Positions 37,431 to 47,658 of a DNA stretch of 64,000 nt are shown piece by piece (within the stretch, counting starts at the first letter, position 1; the number at the start of each line of letters is the position of its first letter). The position numbers were made by a program, and so were the translations under genes. This DNA is from Torpedo marmorata. Its lineage: Eukaryota. Location: NCBI GenBank assembly GCA_977017645.1, contig OZ360229.1, forward strand, positions 51,150,001 to 51,214,000, written 5' to 3'. The notes below the pieces were generated by a model that saw only the letters and a list, made by a program, of their open reading frames with translations, did no database searches and was not told the origin of the DNA.

Positions 37431-39903
37431 TTTTTTTAAATATTTTATTTTAAATTTTCAAATTTTTCACAATAATACAAAATAGTACAAAATATATAGT
37501 AAACATTAATAAATCTAATACAAACAAAACTTGTATTACCGTGTTTCTAACCCCATCTCAACCCACCCTCACTAAAACAACCCACCCTCCACCCTTCCCT
37601 TCCCTTACTCCCTCCCCTTACTAAAAATAAAGAAAAAAGAAAAGAAAGAGAAGACATTGATATTTATCGAAAACATCCGTACGGGTCCACGGCTCAGTGC
37701 GAGACATTCAACAGTCTTTATTCTTTAAATTTAAGAGAGTCAGCAGGGTCTAGGATGTAGAGCAACACATTTAAATATTCATACCTAATAATTGGGTGAA
37801 TGGACGCCAAATTTGCAAAAATACCCCATATTTATTCCTCATATTATATGTTATTCTTTCCAATGGAATACAACTCCGCATCTCTGAGTTCCATCTGTCC
37901 ATACTTAAATTTGTATCCGATTTCCAGGTTACTGCTATACATTTCCTTGCTACTGCTAATGCAATTTTTACAAATTTCAATTGCCATGTAGATAACTTCA
38001 ATTTTGGTCTAGTTCCTTCCACATTTCCCAATAAAAATAAGTCAGGATTGGGTGGAACTGTAACACCTGTAATTTGTTTTAACCGGTTTCCTAACTCTAT
38101 CCAAAAATCTTTAAATTTTGGACATAACCACGTTGAATGTAAAAAGGTTCCCTCTTCTTCACCACATCTAAAACATCTATTTGATATCGTCGAGTTTATC
38201 TTATTCAATTTTTGTGGTGTAAGATATAATTGATGTAAAAAATTATATTGTACCAGTCTATATCTTACATTAACAGTATTAGTCATACTATCTAAACATA
38301 AATCCGACCATCTTTTTTCATCAATTATAACATTAAGATCTTGTTCCCATCTTTGTCTAGATTTATGAAGTCCTCGTTTTAAAGCTCCCCTTTGTAGCAA
38401 AGAATACACTATAGAAGTAAATTTCTTAATATTTCCTTTCCTAATAAGGGTTTCTACCTCACTACAATCTTGTAACAACATATCTGGACCTAATTTTTCT
38501 CTTAAATAACCTCTTAATTGAAAATAGCAAAAAAGAGTATTATTAGGTATTCCATATTTATTCCGTAATTGTATAAATGACATCAATTGATTTCCTTCAT
38601 AACAATCTTCTATCTTCTTTATTCCTTTCAGTGACCAAATATTTAAAAATTGATTATCTTTTGTAAATGGTATAAGATTATTCTGTATCAAAGGCACTTT
38701 GGGTGATATACTTCCTTTCAACCCTATCTCATCATTAACCTTATTCCAAGCATTAATCAAATGTTTTAATAACGGCGTTTCTTTAACACCTGTCAATAGT
38801 TTTGAATTCCATTTGTATATAAATTCTTCTGGTACCTTTTCTCCTATTTCTCCAAGTTCTATTCCAACCCACGCAGGTCTTTCTTCAGTTTCAAAAAAAG
38901 AAGCAACAAATCGCATTTGTGCCGCTCGGTAATAATTCTTAAAATTAGGGAGTTGCAAACCTCCCAATTCATATTTCCATGTTAAATGTTCCATTGAAAC
39001 TCTTGACATTTTACCTTTCCATAGAAATTTTCGCACTTGTTTATTTAAGTCCTGAAAAAAAACCTGTGGTAATAAAATAGGTATAGTCTGATACAAATAC
39101 TGTATCCTTGGAAATATATTAATTTTGATACAGTTAACTCTTCCTATCAGTGTAATTGGTAAATTAATCCATTTTTCTAAATCCTCCTTAATCTTATTAA
39201 GTAATGGTACAAAGTTCCATTTATATAAATTTTTTAGTTTGTTATCTGTCCGAACCCCAAGATATTTTATTCCATTATTTGGCCATTTAAACTGAGTAGT
39301 TCTTTTACATACAGTATAGTCTCCCTCTGTAAGAGGCATAACTTCACTTTTATCCCAATTTATCTTATAACCAGAGACTTTTCCATATTCCTCCAACTTG
39401 AAATGTAATCTTTGCAAAGAAGTCTCAGGCTCTGTCAAGTATATTAAAACATCATCCGCAAATAAACTAATTTTATGTTGCTCTTGACCAACTGTAAATC
39501 CCTTGATTGCTAAATCACTTCTAATAGCCTCTGCTAACGTTTCTATAGCTAATACAAATAAAGCTGGTGACAATGGGCACCCTTGCCGGCTAGATCTTGT
39601 TAAACAAAACGAAGTTGATATTTGTCCATTAGTCACTACTTTAGCTTTTGGAGCGTTATATAATGCTTTAATCCAATCTATATAAGTCTTCCCAAATCCA
39701 AATTTCTCCAAAACTTTGAATAGAAAGTCCCATTCCAACCTGTCAAAAGCTTTCTCTGCATCTAATGCCACTGCTACACTTGGTACTTTTCATTTTTGGG
39801 CTAAATAAATAATACTAAGTAACCTTGCTACATTATCAGCTGCTTGTCTTTTTTTATAAAACCTGTTTGGTCCATATTTACTAATTTTGGCAAAAATTTT
39901 GTT
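37431..39903 (-). mobile_element. 5'-truncated L1 inserted in Rex1
   Basis: 16-bp TSD gatccttgactttctc at 37415-37430 and 39904-39919. Confidence 0.95.
37771..39771 (-). CDS. L1 ORF2 partial (RT core to CCHC), open for 666 aa
   Basis: LDAEKAFDR, RQGCPLSP, LFADD, CFRCGEEEGTFLHSTWLC. Confidence 0.9.
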   Translation of the reverse strand: MALDAEKAFDRLEWDFLFKVLEKFGFGKTYIDWIKALYNAPKAKVVTNGQISTSFCLTRSSRQGCPLSPALFVLAIETLAEAIRSDLAIKGFTVGQEQHKISLFADDVLIYLTEPETSLQRLHFKLEEYGKVSGYKINWDKSEVMPLTEGDYTVCKRTTQFKWPNNGIKYLGVRTDNKLKNLYKWNFVPLLNKIKEDLEKWINLPITLIGRVNCIKINIFPRIQYLYQTIPILLPQVFFQDLNKQVRKFLWKGKMSRVSMEHLTWKYELGGLQLPNFKNYYRAAQMRFVASFFETEERPAWVGIELGEIGEKVPEEFIYKWNSKLLTGVKETPLLKHLINAWNKVNDEIGLKGSISPKVPLIQNNLIPFTKDNQFLNIWSLKGIKKIEDCYEGNQLMSFIQLRNKYGIPNNTLFCYFQLRGYLREKLGPDMLLQDCSEVETLIRKGNIKKFTSIVYSLLQRGALKRGLHKSRQRWEQDLNVIIDEKRWSDLCLDSMTNTVNVRYRLVQYNFLHQLYLTPQKLNKINSTISNRCFRCGEEEGTFLHSTWLCPKFKDFWIELGNRLKQITGVTVPPNPDLFLLGNVEGTRPKLKLSTWQLKFVKIALAVARKCIAVTWKSDTNLSMDRWNSEMRSCIPLERITYNMRNKYGVFLQIWRPFTQLLGMNI

Positions 39904-41722
39904 GATCCTTGACTTTCTCATCGGAAGACCACAGTCAGTACGAATTGGAAACAACGTCTCCTCCTCACTGATTATCAACACAGGCGCACCCCAAGGATGC
40001 GTGCTTAATCCACTGCTCTACTCGTTATACACTCATGACTGTGTGGCCAGGCACAATTCCAATGCCATATAGAAGTTTGCCGATGACACCACAGTTGTTG
40101 GCAGAATCACAAACGGCAATGAGGAAGTGTACAGGAGGGAGATAGATCAGCTCGTTGAATGGTGTAATGGCAACAACCTTGAGCTCAACATCAGTAAAAC
40201 CAAGGAGATGATTGTGGACTTCAGGAGCAAGTCAGGGGAACACGACCCAGTCCTCATCGAGGGCTTAGTCTAAGGAGAGGGTCAAGAACTTCAAATTCCT
40301 GGGTGTCAACATCTCCGAGGATCTGTCCTGGAGCATCCACGTGGATGCAATCACAAAGAAGGCTCGTCAGCGGCTATACTTTGTGAGGTGTTTGCGGAGA
40401 TTCAGTATGTCACCAAAGACTCTCGTAAACTTCTACAGGTGTACCGTGGAGAGCATTCTGGCTGGTTGCATCACTGCCTGGTATGGAGGTGCCAACTCCC
40501 AGGACAAGAGCAAACTCCAGAAGGTTGTTAACTCGGCCTGTGACATCACAGGCACCAAACTTCACTCCATCGAGGACATCTACATGAGGCGGTGTCTTAA
40601 AAAAGCAGCCTCTATCCTCAAGGACCCCCACCACCCAGGCCATGCCCTCTTCACTCTGCTTCCATCGGGAAAATGGTACAGGAGCCTAAAGACGAGCACT
40701 CAACGGCACAAGGACAGCTTCTTCCCTGCTGCCATCAGATTCCTGAACAACAATGAACCAAAGACACTGCCTTACTTTTCGTGCACTATTGTTTATAATT
40801 TTTTATAGTAATGTCGTTAGATGGTTAATATGAATGTTAATTGCACTATGATGCTGCCGCAAAACACCGAATTTCATGACTTGTTCATGACAATAAATTC
40901 TGATTCTGATTCTCTCTCCCATCCCTTTCCCTTTGTCTTCTTTCCTCCAGCTCCCCACCCCCTTCACTCTCCATTCACAGAGCCATCCCTCCACCCCCTG
41001 CTTGCTGGTGTGCCCTCCCTCCCTTAACCACCTATTACCTCTTGCCTGCCTGTAGGACTGTGCTCCTCCCCCTGCCTGTCCCCCCTATCATTTTGTTTGG
41101 GTGCCTGCCAACATTATTTCATACTTTTATGACGGGCTCAAGCTTGAAACGTTGGTTATGTATCTTTAACTTTGCTATTTAAAGTACACTGTTTGACCAA
41201 CTGAGCTTCTCCAGCATTGTGTTTTTACTGTTTATTACAGTTGTGGTGTTTAAGATTATTGATGGGGTGAGGAAAGTGACATAACTTTAAAATTAGAACC
41301 AGGTAGTGATGACACGAAACACTTTGTCATACGATCTGGAAATCTCATAAAAACCAACTCATCTTGGAAGAATTTCAAAGATGCAAGACTTCTATAGAAA
41401 AGCTGAGAAATTCTGTTGCATCTCATTTTAGGGTCATAGATAAATGCAGCAAGGAAACTTTGGCCCACTGAGCCCACGCTAACCATTAACCACCCACTTG
41501 TACTAATCTCACATTAATCCCAATTTTTTGTATTCTTCCTGCCAGCCCCACTGGCTGGGCTGTGCACTGTACCTCCCAACAGCAGCACCACTATGTTGGT
41601 TCATAAAATTGCAGATGCTTTTATGGCTCACACCAGTGTGAGCCTTCCACTGAAAAAAAAACCATGAACTTGTCCAAAATTATATTTGAAACATTAAGCA
41701 CACACTACAGACTTTGGATGGT

Positions 41723-42011
41723 GCAATACAAAAAAGTGCTGGAGAAACTCAGCAGTTCACGCAGCGTCCATAGGAAACAAAGGTATATAACCAATGTTTC
41801 ACGCCTGAGCCCTTTGTCAAGGTATGAGCAGAAAGCAGGCAGGCCTTTTTATTCAGGTATCCTGCCTGCTTTCTGCTCATACCTTGATGAAGGGCTCAGG
41901 TCTGAAATGTTGGTTATACACCTTAGCCTCCTATGGATGCTGAGTGACCTGCTGAGTTTCTCCAGCACTTTTGTGTGTTGCACTAGAATCACAGACTTTC
42001 CTGTTTAACTC
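41723..42011. mobile_element. Palindromic mini-element: two inverted Penelope termini, each with a degenerate hammerhead-like motif
   Basis: ~120-bp inverted arms (about 41721-41843 and 41860-41983); 15-bp direct repeat cagactttggatggt at 41708-41722 and 42012-42026. Confidence 0.8.
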
Positions 42012-43581
42012 CAGACTTTGGATGGTACCGTGCATTCTGCAGTGAGTTCTAAAACTGACTAAGTCAGTATGGTGTCCCTTTAGTAATCCTCAATTTACTG
42101 AGACTGCTCTGTCGTGCTCATAACTTGGGTGCTCTCAGTTTAAAATGCATGATCAGCAACTGATGATGTAATTAGGCTGCCATATATTCCTATAAAAAAG
42201 GACTAAACACTCCCTACCCCGTAACCCTCCACTTTTCCTCCAACCATGTGCCTGTCTAAGAGCCTCTTAAATGCCCCTAATGTTTCAGCCTCCACCACCA
42301 TCCCTGGCAAGGCATTCCAGGCAGCCACAACTCTCTGTGTAAAAATCCTACCCCTGATGTCTCCCCTAAACTTCCTTCCCTTCACTTTGTACACATGTCC
42401 TCTGGTGTTTGCCATTGCTGCCCTGGGAAATAGGTACTGGCTGTCCACACTATCTATGCCTCTCATAATCTTGTAGACCTCTATTAAGTCTCCTCTCATC
42501 CTTCTACGCTCCACAGAGAAAAGTCCCAGCTCTGCTAACCTTGCCTCATAAAACTTGTTTTCAAATCCAGGCAACATCCTGGTAAATCTCCTCTGCACCC
42601 TCTCCATAGCTTCCACATCCTTCCTATAATGAGGTGAACAGAACTGAACACAATACTCTAAGTATGGTCTTACCAGAGATTTGAGGAGTTGCAATATGAC
42701 CTCTCTACTCCTGAACTCAATCCCCCAATTAATGAATCTCAGCATCCCATAGGCCTTCTTAGCTATCCTATCAACCTGTGTGGCGACCTTGAGGGATGTA
42801 TGGATTTGAACCGCAAAGTCCCTCTGTTCATCCACACTCTTATGTAACTGACCATTAACCCTCTAATCAGACTTCTGGTTTGTCCTTCCAAAATGCATCA
42901 CCTCACACTTTGTTATGGACCATGACTGACCATTGGAAGGATGAAGACTTTTGGAGTACACCCTGGGACCAGGTACTGAAAGAGTTAACTTGCCCAGGAT
43001 GGGATGTACTCAGAGAGAGACACACAGAGAGAGAGAGACAGGCTGTGGAAAGATACTTTGTTGCACGTTTGCAAAAGCAGGTGCAAAATTCTGCAAAAAG
43101 CATTCAGTCTGGAGTTGCAAGAGGCCGGAACAACACAGCCAAATCCAGGCATGTGCATCCCAGGGGAAAAGGCAGGGAGAATAGCACATGGCCTCCTGTA
43201 TCAGAAAAATCCTGATTTAAATAAACTTTTGTGGAGAACAGGCATAAGAACAGTGAGACCGGCTGTGATATCCAAGTATACGCCTCAATCAAAACTGATT
43301 TGGAATCGCAATCCTCGTGTACCTACCAAAAGGGAAAGTCATCAGGGAAGAAAAGCAGGAAAAGCATTCATAAGCTTAAACAGTCATTGTCTCTCCCTCC
43401 AATGTTCATTAAGAAGTCCTTTGTGCCAGCACACAGAGCTGAATTTGGACCCTGAACATAGAGAGTGATATTTGTGGACTGTATTTTTGGGACTGACTTA
43501 TTTTTATGACAGACCTGTGGGTTTTGGGGAAGGTTTTCCATTTTTACATGAGCATTGGGGACAGACTGTAATGGTCTGGGG

Positions 43582-43626
<45 letters not shown>

Positions 43627-45297
43627 TAGATAAGAATAGTGTTTATAGATGTTTATAGTGGGGTTAATTGTTAACAAATTATATGTTTAATTGTCTTTAA
43701 AAATATAAATTTCAATTTTACCCCTTTTGCATTGCGTCTTCTGTCATTGCTGGCTTGAATTTGTAACAAATTGGGGGCTCGTCCGGGATTGAATCAAGCT
43801 CAAGCTTGGTAATTGGAGGAATCCTAGTCTGGTTTAAGACGTTCCTTTTGTAAATCTAATTAAAAGCTACTGTGTGTAACAATAAACCAGCAACAATGGA
43901 TGTGGAAATTTTTTTGTAATCACCCGAACCTGATACTTTAAAAAAGGCTAAAAAGGAACAGTTAGTGGCTATCGCAACAGAGTTGGGCATTGCTTCTGTA
44001 AAACCATCAATGAAAAAGGCAGAGATTGGGAGAGAAATTGACAAATACTATATAAAAGGGAAAAAGGTTGAGGAGAGCGTGTTAGAGCAGTTTCCCAAGG
44101 GTAAACCTTCTGAAAACATACAGTTGGAACTAAAGAAATTGTAATTGTAATTGGAAAAAAAGAGATTAGACTTAGAGAGAGAGGAGACAATTAGGCAATA
44201 TGAGCTGGAAAAGATTAAGTTGGAAAATGAGAGGAGACAAGAAGAGCACCAAGATCATATTCATGGTCCTGTTGAGAGGTTTTTGGCGAGTAGAGAAGTT
44301 AGGTTGGTTTCTCCATTTGAGGAGGCGGAAATAGGTAAGTACTTCCAGCATTTTGAGAAGGTGGCTGTGAAATTAAAATGGCCACAAGACCAAGCTTATT
44401 GTACTCTTACCACGGAGCAAGCTGCTGATTATGAAATGGTGAAAAAGGCTATACTCCAGGCTTATGAGTGAGTTCCAGAGGCTTACAGACAGAAGTTTAG
44501 AAATTTAAAAAGATCAGCAACCCAATCTTACACAGAGTTTGCCTATGAAAAGGTTGTGTGTTTTGACTGGTGGTGCACATCTAAGGCGGAAACAATTATT
44601 AAAATCAATTGAGAGAATTGATAATAATTGAGGAGATAAAAAGGTGTGTTCCTGAGGATATTAAGGCATACTTATATAAAAAGGAGGTGAAAACCTGGCA
44701 TAATTCAGCTAAGTTAGCAGATGAATATGCTTTAACCAACAAGCCTAAGTGGACGTCAGGCAGAATTTTCCAAAAGGGCACTGTGGATAATCCCAAACAA
44801 GTGGAAAGTAAATTTGAAAGTGGTGTTAAGGAAAGAGATGAAGGAAAGTGGAAAATGGAAAACCTTTTGGGTCCCATTTGCCACTACTGTAGGAAGGCTG
44901 GTCATATGCTAGCAAGCTGTCCAATGTTGAAAAAGAAGAGAGAAAAGGATGCAACACCTAATTCTTGTATTCAGAGTGAGAAGAGGCATAACACCCAGGA
45001 AGGAGACAAATTTACTGACAAAGTTAGGGATGTATTTAAACCTTTTGTGACTGATGGTTTTGTTTCAGTTAAGGCAGGATCAAAGCAAGTTCCAATGAAA
45101 ATCTTGTGAGATACTGGAGCTGCTCAATCACTTGTGTTAGATAGTGTCTTGGAATTTTGTGAAGCCACTGACACCGGTGAAATGAATTTAATTAAAGGAA
45201 TTGGGGGTGATGTTGAGTCCATTCCTTTGCACAAAATAGTGTTGAACTCATCCTTGGTGGAAGGACCAGTTATAATAGGAGTGAGATCAGAGTTGCC

Positions 45298-46001
45298 CTG
45301 ACTAATCAAGAACCGAACAATCTCTGCCTTAAATATAACCACTGACCTGGCCTCCTGGCCTCCGCAACGGTGTCATAGTCAGACCTTAAACGTCAAGATG
45401 AAATATGTGTTCCACATGAGATAGACATGCTAGGGTTGCAACTCATCTTAAGCAGTTGCTGAACATGGATGATGGCTTTGAATTGTGATGCAAATTAAAT
45501 TGTGCTTTCTGTGACGTGGCACTGACCATTATGCCCAATGGGCTGCTGCCAATTTTAATAGCATCTGAAGGCCAGGACATATGGTGTGATTTTTTTTTTT
45601 TTTAATTTTAAATATTTTATTTAAATTTTTAAATCATACGACTGCTGGAGGCTGGCTCGAACTGGCTGGAGGAGTACCAGGTATCGGAACCGGGATGCGA
45701 AGGGGTGCCGAGGGCAAACTGACCGTGTTGGAGGTTCGGATCTGGAGCTCAGGTTGCCGATCGTTTGGACTGGACTCTGTGTGGCTGCAGAAGCTCTGGA
45801 GGCAAATCTATGGACACTCGGTGACTCTGGGGGGACTCTCTTTTGCTTCTCTTTCTCTGACTGTAAGGAATGTTAGAGGCGCTTAGGCAATTTCTGCCGG
45901 TGGCGAATCTGTCTGCATTGCAGCAGCCAAAAAGAAATTTCATGGAATATGGCACTGTCTTATTACAATGACAATAAATTGAATCTTGAATCTTGAATCT
46001 T
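45298..46001. mobile_element. Composite insertion in the copy B protease region: unknown/CR1-like piece, tiny minus-strand L1 tail (~45590-45639), Rex1-type 3' UTR with (aatcttg)n tail
   Basis: Gypsy sequence stops at gagttgcc and resumes at gaaggagtctc; tail atgacaataaattgaatcttgaatcttg resembles 40885-40912. Confidence 0.65.
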
Positions 46002-47658
46002 GAAGGAGTCTCACAGTTGCTAGACAAAGACTTAGCTGAGGGTAAAGTAGTTCCTGCAATGCTAATGACCACTAAGCCAGCCATTGATAAGTCAGAGAAG
46101 GACTCTGATATTTATCCGGCATGTGCCATAACCAGGGACATGTCGAAGAAAAATGTCACTGTAGAGAAGGCAGTGGAAAATAAATTGTGGAAAAGAAAAA
46201 GTCGGTGATAATCAAAATCACCTGGAAAAGGTTGAGAAATCTCCTGTGTTAGACCGATACACAAATAAGATACACAAATAAGACACCTAAAGGCACATAT
46301 TTGTCACTATCCCGACAGGAACTAATAGCAAGCCAAAAGGAGGATCCAGATCTTGCTGAGGTGAAGGATAAGGTTCTCTCTGAAGAGGAGATTAAGAAGG
46401 TGCCAGTGGGTTATTATGAAAAAGATGGGGTGTTGATGAGAAAGTGGAGACCATGTGATGTTCCTGCCAGTAAAGAATGGGCATAGTGCAGCACGTTGTG
46501 ATCCCTAAGTATATGGGGACGAAATAGTAACTTTGGCTCATAGCACATCCTTAGGTGGTCACTGTAAAAGCCGTAGGCTCATTAACTTACCGTTGTTGCG
46601 GCGCTCCGGTGTCTCGTCGGGCCTTGGAGCGCTCGCGTAGTTCTGTAGGCCGTCCTCGGAGCGCTCCTAGGCCACGTCGGGCCATGGAGCGCTCGCGTTG
46701 TTCTGTAGGCCGTCGTCGGCCCGTTCTTTGATGTGCGCATGCGCGGGAGTGCCGACGGGCGCATGCGCAGTGTGGAGTGATGTCATTGTGCGCGTTGAGG
46801 TCTGGGAAATGTAGTATGCGCGGGGTAGGATGCGCATTGGTTTTAGGAGCTAAGGGGCATGCGCAAATCAAGCATAGAGAGAGAGAAAAGGAAAGAATAA
46901 GATGTTTGGAGGGTGAGTGAGGTCTCCACATCTTTATTGACCGTTTTATAGCGTTTTATAACTTTTACATCGTTCTACAGTGTTTTCATATCGTTTTGGA
47001 ATTGTTTAAAGAATTATTTAAAGGAACTCATCATACATCGTTTACAAGAACTGTTTATATTAAAGTCATTGAAGATTACTGCAAGTCATGTGTGTAAATA
47101 AAGGTTTTTGAACATATTGGACTTTGTTAGTAAATTGATTAAAACGCGTCAAAGACAAGGACCACACTTAGCCTCCAGGTGACTATTGGTGGATCGAAGT
47201 CACCGTAATATAGTCAATAAAGAGCTGGCTGTTTTGGAACAGAAAATTGAAGGAAAGAAGATAGAAAAAACTCTCTGTGCTTTGGACTGATATAAATGGT
47301 GGCCATTTTGGAGATGCCTCGAGTTGGGGGCAGTTTGTAATCCACTTCCATCTGCCATGAGTAACAGCCAGAGAGGGATTTAAAGCTTCAAATCTTATAA
47401 TAAAGTGTCCTATAAATACGGTGGAGAAACCATTTTTGGAAAATCAGTGATATTAGTGACGGATGTTGTGGTTGAAACTCGTTTGTGGATTGCAGCACAT
47501 TACAGTCATTTGAAATGGTAGGCATAAGTCTGTGGACTCCTTCTGTGTATCTTTAGCAAGTAAGAACACAGATTGGAATTGCTGCCGCTGGTCCATTGGG
47601 GACTGTTGTTTGGCTAGTGTTGTGCATGCTTGAAGGAAAGAGGAACAAGACGAGTAAA

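Larger units (their letters stand above)
36253..40912 (+). mobile_element. Rex1/Babar LINE, 5'-truncated, split by an L1
   Basis: [62 protein letters not shown]; (ttctga)n tail. Confidence 0.92.
35936..41230 (+). mobile_element. Penelope 3' fragment split by Rex1 (pieces 35936-36252 and ~40913-41230)
   Basis: GVIYCIRCSLCDLLYIGMTGR (GIY-YIG); both pieces collinear with 18545-19155. Confidence 0.85.

Noticed and set aside
46600-46720. CRISPR-like palindromic repeats
   Set aside because: Only two units, no unique spacers, inside a eukaryotic LTR
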